This document shows positions 8,444 to 15,675 of a stretch of DNA of 32,000 bases, one piece after another (position 1 is the first letter of the stretch; the number at the start of each line of letters is the position of its first letter). A program made the position numbers and the translations under genes. Source of the stretch: Delftia acidovorans NBRC 14950 (GTDB lineage Bacteria; Pseudomonadota; Gammaproteobacteria; Burkholderiales; Burkholderiaceae_C); assembly GCF_001598795.1 (NCBI RefSeq), contig NZ_BCZP01000002.1:330001-362000 (forward strand), in the 5' to 3' direction. A model generated the notes under the pieces. That model searched no databases, was not told the origin of the DNA, and saw nothing but the letters and a program-made list of their open reading frames with translations.

Positions 8444-9111
8444 CAAGACAGTTGCGACCCGCTCGGCCGTACCAGTCAGGCTTCACCCTGGTGGAGTTGC
8501 TGGTTGCGATGGTGCTGCTTTCCATGCTGACATTGGGGCTGGCCTCGGTGATGTCCACCGTATCGCAGACTCAGGAGAGAGTCGATGTTCGACTGGACCG
8601 CATGGATCATCAGCGCGTGGCGATTGGTTTTTTGCGGTCCACTCTCGGACAGATATCGGCGGTGAGGCGCCAAGCAGGGATGCGCAAACAAGGTGAGAGC
8701 GAGTTCTTCTTTCAAGGGGGACCGCGCGGCATGCAATGGCTGGGCATCATGCCGGCCCGGTTCGGGATGGGCGGACGTACGCATTTCAGGCTGGCTGTCG
8801 AGGGTGATGCCTTGACACTGTATTTCGCGCCGTGGAAGGCTGCGGATGTTGCACCTGATTGGGCGCAGGGGCAGTCGTATGTGATCGACCGGGGCGTCAC
8901 GGCTTTTGCCCTGAGTTACCAAAATGTCAAAGTAGGGGTCTCGCAGTGGTCGCCACAATGGGAAAATGAGAAGGAACTGCCCTCGGCGGTACAAATACAG
9001 CTTCAAGGCGGTTCTGGCAGTTGGCCCCTGATTGCCGTGGAGTTCCATACACCACCGGCGACGAATCGCTCTACCAGCGGCGGGGCTGTCTTTGGGGGCG
9101 GTCAGCGATGA
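8440..9111 (+). CDS. gspJ: Minor pseudopilin, GspJ-like
   Basis: GTGA overlap with gspI. Prepilin motif QSG|FTLVELLVAMVLL. 223 aa, the usual GspJ size and position. Confidence 0.75.
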   Translation: MTRQLRPARPYQSGFTLVELLVAMVLLSMLTLGLASVMSTVSQTQERVDVRLDRMDHQRVAIGFLRSTLGQISAVRRQAGMRKQGESEFFFQGGPRGMQWLGIMPARFGMGGRTHFRLAVEGDALTLYFAPWKAADVAPDWAQGQSYVIDRGVTAFALSYQNVKVGVSQWSPQWENEKELPSAVQIQLQGGSGSWPLIAVEFHTPPATNRSTSGGAVFGGGQR

Positions 9112-9881
9112 AGAGTCTGCAACGCTGGCCGATAGCGGCTTCGAACAAGGGGATGGCGCTGGTTCTTGTGCTGTGGATCGTTGCGGCGCTTGCCATCTTT
9201 GCTAACAGCTTGGGTGGCGTGGTTCGCAGGGAAGCGGCGGTGGCCAGCGTGGTGCGCAACTCCATCTATGGCCGAGGGGCTGGTGAAGCAGCCATTTTCC
9301 GGTTACTGCAGAAAATAGCAATCCAACCCTCAGACTTTGCGGAACGCCGAGTAGAGGGTGTCCCCTGGGGGGGGCAGATAATAGAGGTCGAAGTCGCCCC
9401 CTGGAGCGGGCTGATCAACATCAATGCTGCCCCGCAGAATCTGTTGGCGGTGGTGTTGAAAAAACTGGGTGTACCTCAGTCCGAAGCTTTGGCGCAGACG
9501 CTGGTTGAAACACGCCAGGTGGTCAGGGCAGGATCTGCGGGCGTGGCCTGGGAATCCCCCGAGGATTTGCTGCAGGTGCCAGGGATGACCTATGGCATCT
9601 ACGCACAAATGCGGCCCTTGATCGTTGCAGATACAGGCGGAAGATCCGGAGTCAACCTGAAGGCGGCCCCGGAACTGCTGCTGAGGCTGCTTGAGGGTGT
9701 GGAGGATGGGGCGGTTCGCGGAAATATCACCAGTACGCGTTATCGACTGACGGCCAGAGTACCCGTCGAGGGAGGGGGCGCCGTGCTGGTCATCCGAGAT
9801 GTGGACGTTTCAAGGGCACGCCAGAATTCACTGCCCTGGGTGGTGCTGTCCGCTTCCCAGGTGTGGGCTGGGCGTATGTGA
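9108..9881 (+). CDS. gspK: Minor pseudopilin, GspK-like
   Basis: ATGA overlap with gspJ. NKG|MALVLVLWIVAAL lacks Glu+5, as is typical of GspK. Two helix-hairpin-helix-like segments are present (ININAAPQNLLAVVL and VNLKAAPELLLRLL). Confidence 0.75.
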   Translation: MKSLQRWPIAASNKGMALVLVLWIVAALAIFANSLGGVVRREAAVASVVRNSIYGRGAGEAAIFRLLQKIAIQPSDFAERRVEGVPWGGQIIEVEVAPWSGLININAAPQNLLAVVLKKLGVPQSEALAQTLVETRQVVRAGSAGVAWESPEDLLQVPGMTYGIYAQMRPLIVADTGGRSGVNLKAAPELLLRLLEGVEDGAVRGNITSTRYRLTARVPVEGGGAVLVIRDVDVSRARQNSLPWVVLSASQVWAGRM

Positions 9882-9985
9882 TGTACTCAATCGGATGTGG
9901 CGCCAGAAGTTAGGAGAGCGCTGGACCGCTGCTAGCCGGAAGGAAAGAAAGTGAAAGTAATACTATTGAATGGTTGTGGCGTCGT

Positions 9986-11104
9986 ATGACATTGATGACT
10001 TCTGATGCCAAACTGTTCGGTTTGGACTTGCGGGGGCTTTCATCGGAGCTTCGTGAGGCATGGCAGGCACTTCAGCGCCTACCATTGCTCAGCCGGCTGC
10101 TTCCGGCATCGATGGTGCAAGTCTGGGTTGGTGCCCAGGCGCCTATCGTCGCTAGGGCGCAGGGCGTCAACATCGAGTGGCTCGATGGATCGACCACTCT
10201 CTTGGCGCAAGCACAGTACACGGCGGTTCTGTTGGAGGACGATCAGGTTCTGCAGCGGGTTCTGAAGCTTCCGCAAATGGGACCGACTGCAATGAGGGGC
10301 GCCATTGAGCTGGACGTGCAGACGATGACGCCCTTTGCTCCACAGGACACGCTTTGGGCCTATGCGGTCCGGCCCGCTGCGCGGGCTGGTGCGCTGCTGC
10401 ATGTTGAAGTGGTACTTGCCTCGCGTGCGCAAGTTGAACAGGTGCTGCGCCAGCGGGCTTCAAGCATGCCGGAGGGTGTCCACCCTGAGGTTTGGGCCCC
10501 CACCAGTGGCAGCCCTGTCGTGTTGCCGGGTTTTGGCGAAACATCGCGCTGGCGTGGCGAAGCAAAGCGGGGCGGCTGGATCGGGTTGGGCGTGATCGGG
10601 GTGCTCGTCATGGCCCTGGCCCTGGCGGTCACTCCTACCGCGCAACTGAGATTGCGTGCGGTCGATGCGGGAGAACAATTTTCCCGGCTCAGCAAATCCA
10701 CCTCCGAGGTTGTGGCACAGCGCCAGGCCCTGGTTGAAGGAGTGCAAGATCTGGGCAAACTGCAGGAGCGTGTGCAGCAGCAAATCAATCACCTGCAGGT
10801 GCTGGCGACGCTGACAAAGGTATTGCCCGATGACACAGCAGCTCAGCGCGTGGTGTTCAGAGGCAGCAAACTTACGGTCCAAGGGCTTACCAACAATGCG
10901 TCTAACGTAGTGGCATTGCTGGCTAAGACTCCTGGCTTTCAGGAAGTACGACTGCCAACGGCCGTGACGCGTGTCCCCGGATCTGGCAAGGAGAGCTTTA
11001 CGCTGGAGGCGAACATCGATCCGCAGGTCCTGGGCATGCTCGCCAAGGCAGAAGAGGACAAGCCGCCAGCGGAAGGCGGGGCGATTGCCAAGGAGGTCCA
11101 ATGA
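9986..11104 (+). CDS. gspL: GspL-like bitopic assembly-platform protein
   Basis: Frame of ORF 9974..11104, with possible starts at TTG 9974, ATG 9986 or ATG 9995. A ~200-aa cytoplasmic part contains LKLPQMGPTAMRGAIELDVQTMTPF (GspL-like). A single TM (WIGLGVIGVLVMALALAV) and a periplasmic coiled/ferredoxin-like tail follow. The position between gspK and gspM fits GspL. Confidence 0.65.
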   Translation: MTLMTSDAKLFGLDLRGLSSELREAWQALQRLPLLSRLLPASMVQVWVGAQAPIVARAQGVNIEWLDGSTTLLAQAQYTAVLLEDDQVLQRVLKLPQMGPTAMRGAIELDVQTMTPFAPQDTLWAYAVRPAARAGALLHVEVVLASRAQVEQVLRQRASSMPEGVHPEVWAPTSGSPVVLPGFGETSRWRGEAKRGGWIGLGVIGVLVMALALAVTPTAQLRLRAVDAGEQFSRLSKSTSEVVAQRQALVEGVQDLGKLQERVQQQINHLQVLATLTKVLPDDTAAQRVVFRGSKLTVQGLTNNASNVVALLAKTPGFQEVRLPTAVTRVPGSGKESFTLEANIDPQVLGMLAKAEEDKPPAEGGAIAKEVQ

Positions 11105-11688
11105 CAGCAGGCGCGCAGAAGCTGACCTTGCGTCAATGGGCCCTTCTTGGTGGGATCGCCGTCCTCTTGGTTGTTCCACTGTTACTCCTGGGAAGCTGGA
11201 TTTATTCCAAGCACCAATGGGCCCAGGAACAACTGGGCACACTGGAGCCGCGCTACGCGAGGCTTGCCGGCATGCAGGGGCAGACGGAGGAAATTCAGGA
11301 AGCGCTGAAGAGGATCGAGTCCACCAAGGCTCTGCACATCTACCCGGCAGAGCAGGACAGCACTCAGACTGGCAATGCACTTCAGCAACGCTTGCGGACC
11401 GTCTTGGACAAAGCGGGACTCTCCGTGGTCAGCAGCCAAGTGCGTCCTACCTCTGAATCAGGTGAATCTGATCAGGGTCCTTATGAACGCATTTCCGTGT
11501 CGATGACGGCAGAGGGCGAATGGTCTGCCATCCAATTGGCCATCATGTCATTACCCGAAGTTACGCCCACCGTGTGGCTCGATGATCTGCAACTGAATCT
11601 GCTGGGCAATCTGGAAAGCAACAACCTCAGAGTGCCGCCCAAGATCAGCGCGCAGTTTGTTTTCAGCATTCTTCGGAGCAAGCCGTGA
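11101..11688 (+). CDS. gspM: GspM-like protein
   Basis: ATGA overlap with gspL. 195 aa with one N-terminal TM (WALLGGIAVLLVVPLLLLGSWI). The size, topology and position match GspM. I did not recognise strong sequence motifs. Confidence 0.6.
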   Translation: MTAGAQKLTLRQWALLGGIAVLLVVPLLLLGSWIYSKHQWAQEQLGTLEPRYARLAGMQGQTEEIQEALKRIESTKALHIYPAEQDSTQTGNALQQRLRTVLDKAGLSVVSSQVRPTSESGESDQGPYERISVSMTAEGEWSAIQLAIMSLPEVTPTVWLDDLQLNLLGNLESNNLRVPPKISAQFVFSILRSKP

Positions 11689-12362
11689 ACCAGCGCATTC
11701 TTTGGACCGCAGGGTTGTCCGTGCCCGTGGCGCTGTTGGGGGGAGCACTTGCGTGGATGTGGTTGACACCGCAGATGCAGCTCAAAAACGCTGGCTGGGA
11801 GGCTCCGCATCCGATCAAGGCAGATATTCAATCGCTTGTGCCTGCCGAGCAGGCACTTTCTGGTAACAAGCCGCAGGGCGAGATGCAGCTGCTGGAGATG
11901 CACGAACGGCCGCTGTTCGTGATGAACCGCAGGCCCCCACCGCCTCCCCCACCGCCAGAGCCTGAGAAAAAAGTCGAAGAAATCCCTGATGCCTGGGTGC
12001 AGGCGCGTGTCACAGGCATTTTTGAGGGGCCTGTCACCGGGATCATTGTCCATATCGATGGCAAGGAGCGACGGCTCATGCTCAACCAGAGTTTTGCGGG
12101 CTGGAAGCTGCAAGGCATAGAGCAGCGCAGCATCCTTTTGGAGCGCGGCGGTCAGATACGTTCGTTGCAATTGGCGAAGGCCGTCCTCGACAAAGGCCCT
12201 AGCATTCCGGCCAGCATGCGCGTGCCTTCCGTCGGCGCGGGGCCTTCGCCTGGCAGCAACTCTGGCGAATCGGCTTCTGAGCGCGCAGAAGGGGAGGCAG
12301 GCGCCCCCCCGGCTCGGCCAGCACCGCGTGCCGTATTCGGCGGAACCTCGAGCCGCAAATGA
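11685..12362 (+). CDS. GspC/XpsN-like secretin-coupling protein (no PDZ domain)
   Basis: GTGA overlap with gspM and ATGA overlap with gspD. It has an N-terminal TM, a poly-Pro linker RRPPPPPPPPPEPEKK, then a short beta-rich segment (VTGIFEGPVTGIIVHIDGKERRLMLNQSFAGWKLQGIEQRSILLERGG) resembling the HR/PilP-like secretin-binding fold. Its position equals that of XpsN. Confidence 0.5.
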   Translation: MNQRILWTAGLSVPVALLGGALAWMWLTPQMQLKNAGWEAPHPIKADIQSLVPAEQALSGNKPQGEMQLLEMHERPLFVMNRRPPPPPPPPEPEKKVEEIPDAWVQARVTGIFEGPVTGIIVHIDGKERRLMLNQSFAGWKLQGIEQRSILLERGGQIRSLQLAKAVLDKGPSIPASMRVPSVGAGPSPGSNSGESASERAEGEAGAPPARPAPRAVFGGTSSRK

Positions 12363-14854
12363 AACAGTTTCTTAAGAAAACCATGAAATTGCAAAACAGA
12401 CATTTTCATACGGCGCTGTCGCTGGCGGTTTGCCAGCTGTTGGTTGCCTGTGCACAGCCCCAGCAGAACAACTATGTCAGCCATTTCGGCGCGGGTCAGC
12501 AATCCGAAGGCTATGTGTTCAATGACGAAGATCAAAGCGTGGGCAAGAAGGCCTCCGAAAAATCATCGACGCCCGAGCCACGCCTCCTTGAGGGGACTGG
12601 TAAATTGCTGGCCGATGCCAAGCCGTCCAAGGCCTTGAAAGATGCGCAGGTCAAGCTCAGTTTCGAGGATGCGCCTCTGGCCCAGGTCGTGCGGACAGTG
12701 CTGGGGGATATTCTTGCGCTTGACTATGTGCTGCACCCGCCGATTACTGGAACAGTCACCCTGAGCACGCAGCAGAATGTCTCGGGGGACAACGCGTTGT
12801 ATCTGCTGGAGGCGGCCTTGCAGGCCAATGGCATGGGTATAGCGCGTGATGCTCGTGGCACTTACCATGTCGGCCGTCTTGATGCGCTCAAGGGCTTGGG
12901 GGCTGCAGTACGGCAGGCGTCGCCCACTCAGCCACTGGCGCCAGGATACGGAGCCATTGTTGTGCCGCTGAACTATATAGGTGCCAATGAAATGGCGGCC
13001 ATCTTGCGTCCCATGGTGCCGGGTGATGCCATTCTTCGTGTTGACAACGTGCGCAACATGCTGGTGATGGCCGGATCCCGTGCACAGGCGGAAGGTTGGC
13101 TTGAGATGGTTCGCACCTTCGACGTAAATGTTCTGGAAGGCATGTCGGTAGGCGTTTTTCCTCTCAAATATGTCTCTATCCAGGAAGTCAGTGCCGCTTT
13201 GCAACTGATGAGCGGGGGCGGTGCCCCTGGGGCTGGGGCTCCTGGCGCGGGTGTGGCTCCTGCTGCAACTACGGCAAGGCCAGGGGGGGCGGCGACTGCA
13301 GCACCTGGCGCTTCCATGGCGGCTCTGGGCGAAGGCAATCCGCTATTTGGTGCCCTGCGCATCATTCCCATTGAGCGGCTCAACAGTATCTTGGTCATCA
13401 CGCCTCGCGCCTCCTATCTGGATGAGGCGCGCCGCTGGATTGCCAAGCTCGACCAGGCTGGCACGGGTGGGGCGCAGCCGCAACTCAATATCTACAAAGT
13501 GCAAAACGGCAATGCTCGGCACCTGGCAAGTGTTCTGTCGGGTATTTTTGGAGGGTCTGCCGGAGGTATGTCTACCAACAGCGGCGTGGCGCCAGGACTG
13601 GGTACATCCACGACGAGCATGGGGGGGAGCAGCTTCGGAAGCGGCGGCTTGGGTAGCAGCAGCTTTGGCAGTGGTGGTTTTGGCGGCGGTGGTTTGAGTA
13701 GTGGCGGCTTTGGTGGCGGCAGTTTTGGCAGCGGTGGCTTTGGTGGTGGTGGACTCGGCGGGGCGGGGCGTGGCTTCGGGCAGACCGGAAGCACCGGCCA
13801 GTTGGGCGGAGTGGCAGGGGCAAGCGCCGCAGCCACCAGTCTGGGCAGCGTTCGTGTCATGGCGGATGAACTCAACAACTCCGTGCTGGTCTGGGGTACG
13901 CCCGCAGAGTACGAGCGTATAGAGGCGGCGCTCAAGAAACTGGATTTGCCTCCCACGCAAGTGCTGATAGAGGCAAGCATCGTGGAGGTGACGCTGAACG
14001 ACACCTTGCGGTACGGTTTGCAATGGGCCTTCAGTGGTGATGTCGGCAACAAGGGTTATAGCGGTACGGGCAGTGTGCTGACCGGGGATGCTCCCGGTTC
14101 AACAGGATTCGCAGAAACTGGCGGACTGGCGGCAACTCTTGGCTCAGGCTTCAACTACACGGTCAAGAACTCGCTGGGCAATATCAAGGCAGTGCTCACT
14201 GCTCTTTCGGGCAAGACCAATGTCAAGGTGGTGGCCAGCCCTACGGTGATGGTGCTGGATAACCATACGGCGGGCATCATGGTGGGCACACAGCAGCCCT
14301 ATTCGGCGGGCTCCACCACATCGACAACGACGGGAGTTACTACCAACATTCAGTACAAGGATACCGGGGTCATCCTGCAAGTCACTCCTTCGGTCAATTC
14401 CGGCAATATCGTCACCATGAATGTCGATCAGACTGTCTCGGCGCTGGGCTCGAATGTAACTGTAGGGGGGTCCAGCAATCCCTCCTTCTCGCAGCGGCAG
14501 ATCTCCAGCAGGGTGGCAGTGCGCTCTGGAGAGTCAATTGTCATGGGCGGACTGATCCAGGAGCGCTCTACCAACACGCGCAGTGGCATCCCCATACTGC
14601 ATGATCTTCCGGTGGTTGGAAATCTCTTCGGGCAGACATCGAACGTGGGGGATCGAACAGAGCTGCTTGTCGTCATCACGCCAAGAGTCGTTCGCACGGA
14701 CATTGATGTGCGGGTGGTCAGCGACGATTTGCGTGAGCAAATGCGTTCTTTGACGCCCTTGCTGAAGTCACCCAATACAGTTCCTGCTGCTGACGACGGT
14801 GCAAGGGGCAAGCCGCTGGTGGAGGTGGGGCCCCTGACGCCTGAGCAGCGCTAG
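12359..14854 (+). CDS. gspD: Secretin GspD, predicted lipoprotein (liposecretin), with low-complexity insertions
   Basis: 831 aa. Lipobox LLVA|C with Cys31 (codon 12449-12451). N0-N3-like repeats are present (LSFEDAPLAQVVRTVL..., VPLNYIGANEMAAIL..., FPLKYVSIQEV..., IYKVQNGNARHLASVL...). The secretin core reads VLIEASIVEVTLNDTLRYGLQW ... GIPILHDLPVVGNLFG ... ELLVVITPRVV. Confidence 0.93.
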   Translation: MKQFLKKTMKLQNRHFHTALSLAVCQLLVACAQPQQNNYVSHFGAGQQSEGYVFNDEDQSVGKKASEKSSTPEPRLLEGTGKLLADAKPSKALKDAQVKLSFEDAPLAQVVRTVLGDILALDYVLHPPITGTVTLSTQQNVSGDNALYLLEAALQANGMGIARDARGTYHVGRLDALKGLGAAVRQASPTQPLAPGYGAIVVPLNYIGANEMAAILRPMVPGDAILRVDNVRNMLVMAGSRAQAEGWLEMVRTFDVNVLEGMSVGVFPLKYVSIQEVSAALQLMSGGGAPGAGAPGAGVAPAATTARPGGAATAAPGASMAALGEGNPLFGALRIIPIERLNSILVITPRASYLDEARRWIAKLDQAGTGGAQPQLNIYKVQNGNARHLASVLSGIFGGSAGGMSTNSGVAPGLGTSTTSMGGSSFGSGGLGSSSFGSGGFGGGGLSSGGFGGGSFGSGGFGGGGLGGAGRGFGQTGSTGQLGGVAGASAAATSLGSVRVMADELNNSVLVWGTPAEYERIEAALKKLDLPPTQVLIEASIVEVTLNDTLRYGLQWAFSGDVGNKGYSGTGSVLTGDAPGSTGFAETGGLAATLGSGFNYTVKNSLGNIKAVLTALSGKTNVKVVASPTVMVLDNHTAGIMVGTQQPYSAGSTTSTTTGVTTNIQYKDTGVILQVTPSVNSGNIVTMNVDQTVSALGSNVTVGGSSNPSFSQRQISSRVAVRSGESIVMGGLIQERSTNTRSGIPILHDLPVVGNLFGQTSNVGDRTELLVVITPRVVRTDIDVRVVSDDLREQMRSLTPLLKSPNTVPAADDGARGKPLVEVGPLTPEQR
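13547..13843 (+). repeat. Gly/Ser/Phe-rich low-complexity insertion in the N3-like domain of GspD (about residues 397-495)
   Basis: FGGSAGGMSTNSG...GGSSFGSGGLGSSSFGSGGFGGGGLSSGGFGGGSFGSGGFGGGGLGGAGRGFGQTGSTGQLGG, with 8 FG dipeptides. The DNA shows imperfect tandem ggc/ggt/ttt-ggc repeats. Confidence 0.9.
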
Positions 14855-14868
14855 CAGCTCAAGTTCCC

Positions 14869-14894
14869 GGAACATTCTTCTTCAAAGATGTTCC
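14869..14894 (+). promoter_or_regulatory. Hairpin/dyad ggaacat-N12-atgttcc just after gspD
   Basis: 7-bp inverted repeat in an AT-rich 68-bp spacer, followed by aaataccttttt. It could be a weak attenuator or an operator. Function is not assignable from sequence. Confidence 0.25.
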
Positions 14895-14922
14895 AAATAC
14901 CTTTTTGGACCAAGATACACAT

Positions 14923-15369
14923 ATGAACACGTTGACAAAGATCCCTGCATTGGCAGGCATGCGCCGGATTTTGTGGGGTGCGGGTGTGGCTGGCGCCTTG
15001 GTGCTGGCCGGCTGTGCCACCACAACAGGGGGCGAGCAGAGCAAGGCTCAGAAACCCGAGGAGGCCGTAACGCAGCGATCGAACGAGTTCTGGAAGGTTC
15101 GCATGGCGGGGGATGTCGGTCAGGCCTATGCTTTCACCACTCCAGGCTATCGTGCGGTCAACAGCCTGGAGAAGTACCGGCTGAACCACGGCGCCGTCCC
15201 GTCCCTCAGTGGTGGCTCGATCGCCTGGGTCAAGTGCGAGGACAAGCGCTGCGAGGTTCGCAAGAACTTCACCACCAGCAGCCCGGTCATGGGCAATACA
15301 CAGATTCCTATCTCTATCAGCGAGGTGTGGACGCAGGAAGACGGCCAGTGGTGGCTGTTCCTGGAATAA
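14923..15369 (+). CDS. Small lipoprotein of unknown function (NTF2/DUF4878-like appearance)
   Basis: ATG 14923 in the frame of ORF 14905..15369. Signal plus lipobox LVLAG|C. The mature part contains EFWKVRMAGDVGQAYAF and the C-terminal EDGQWWLFLE, reminiscent of small NTF2-like lipoproteins. Confidence 0.75.
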   Translation: MNTLTKIPALAGMRRILWGAGVAGALVLAGCATTTGGEQSKAQKPEEAVTQRSNEFWKVRMAGDVGQAYAFTTPGYRAVNSLEKYRLNHGAVPSLSGGSIAWVKCEDKRCEVRKNFTTSSPVMGNTQIPISISEVWTQEDGQWWLFLE

Positions 15370-15675
15370 GGCGGCTATGGATCTGGCGCGCCGTGCGGGC
15401 TGGCGTCAGGCCAAAGGTTGGTAGCGTTCTCCGGGCATGCCTCATGCTCGGTATGGACGAAGCCAAAAGTCGGGCAGGGTAGGCGCTGGAAGCAATGTTT
15501 GCCATAATGCGCCGTCCCTGATCTGGTGCTCGCTAGGGAAGTGTTGTTTTTTTTCAAAACAAGGCTTGGGCGCCTCCGAAAAGCGGTATGGGGGCATGAC
15601 CGGCTGTGCTACGATTCCCTGGCGATCAATCGTGGTGGTTGCAACTACCTTATCTTTTTACTGGAGATAGTTCTT

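Noticed and set aside
13343-14052. Minus-strand ORFs encoding PPPKPPLPKL-type proline repeats
   Set aside because: They are the reverse-complement reading of the GGx/TTT(G) repeats that encode the Gly/Phe tract of the secretin. This is an artefact of the repeat.
15486-15502. Possible sigma-54 promoter (tggaag-caatg-tttgc) upstream of the cargo gene
   Set aside because: The GG to GC spacing is one nucleotide too long for the strict TGGCAC-N5-TTGC geometry, and the -24 element is weak.
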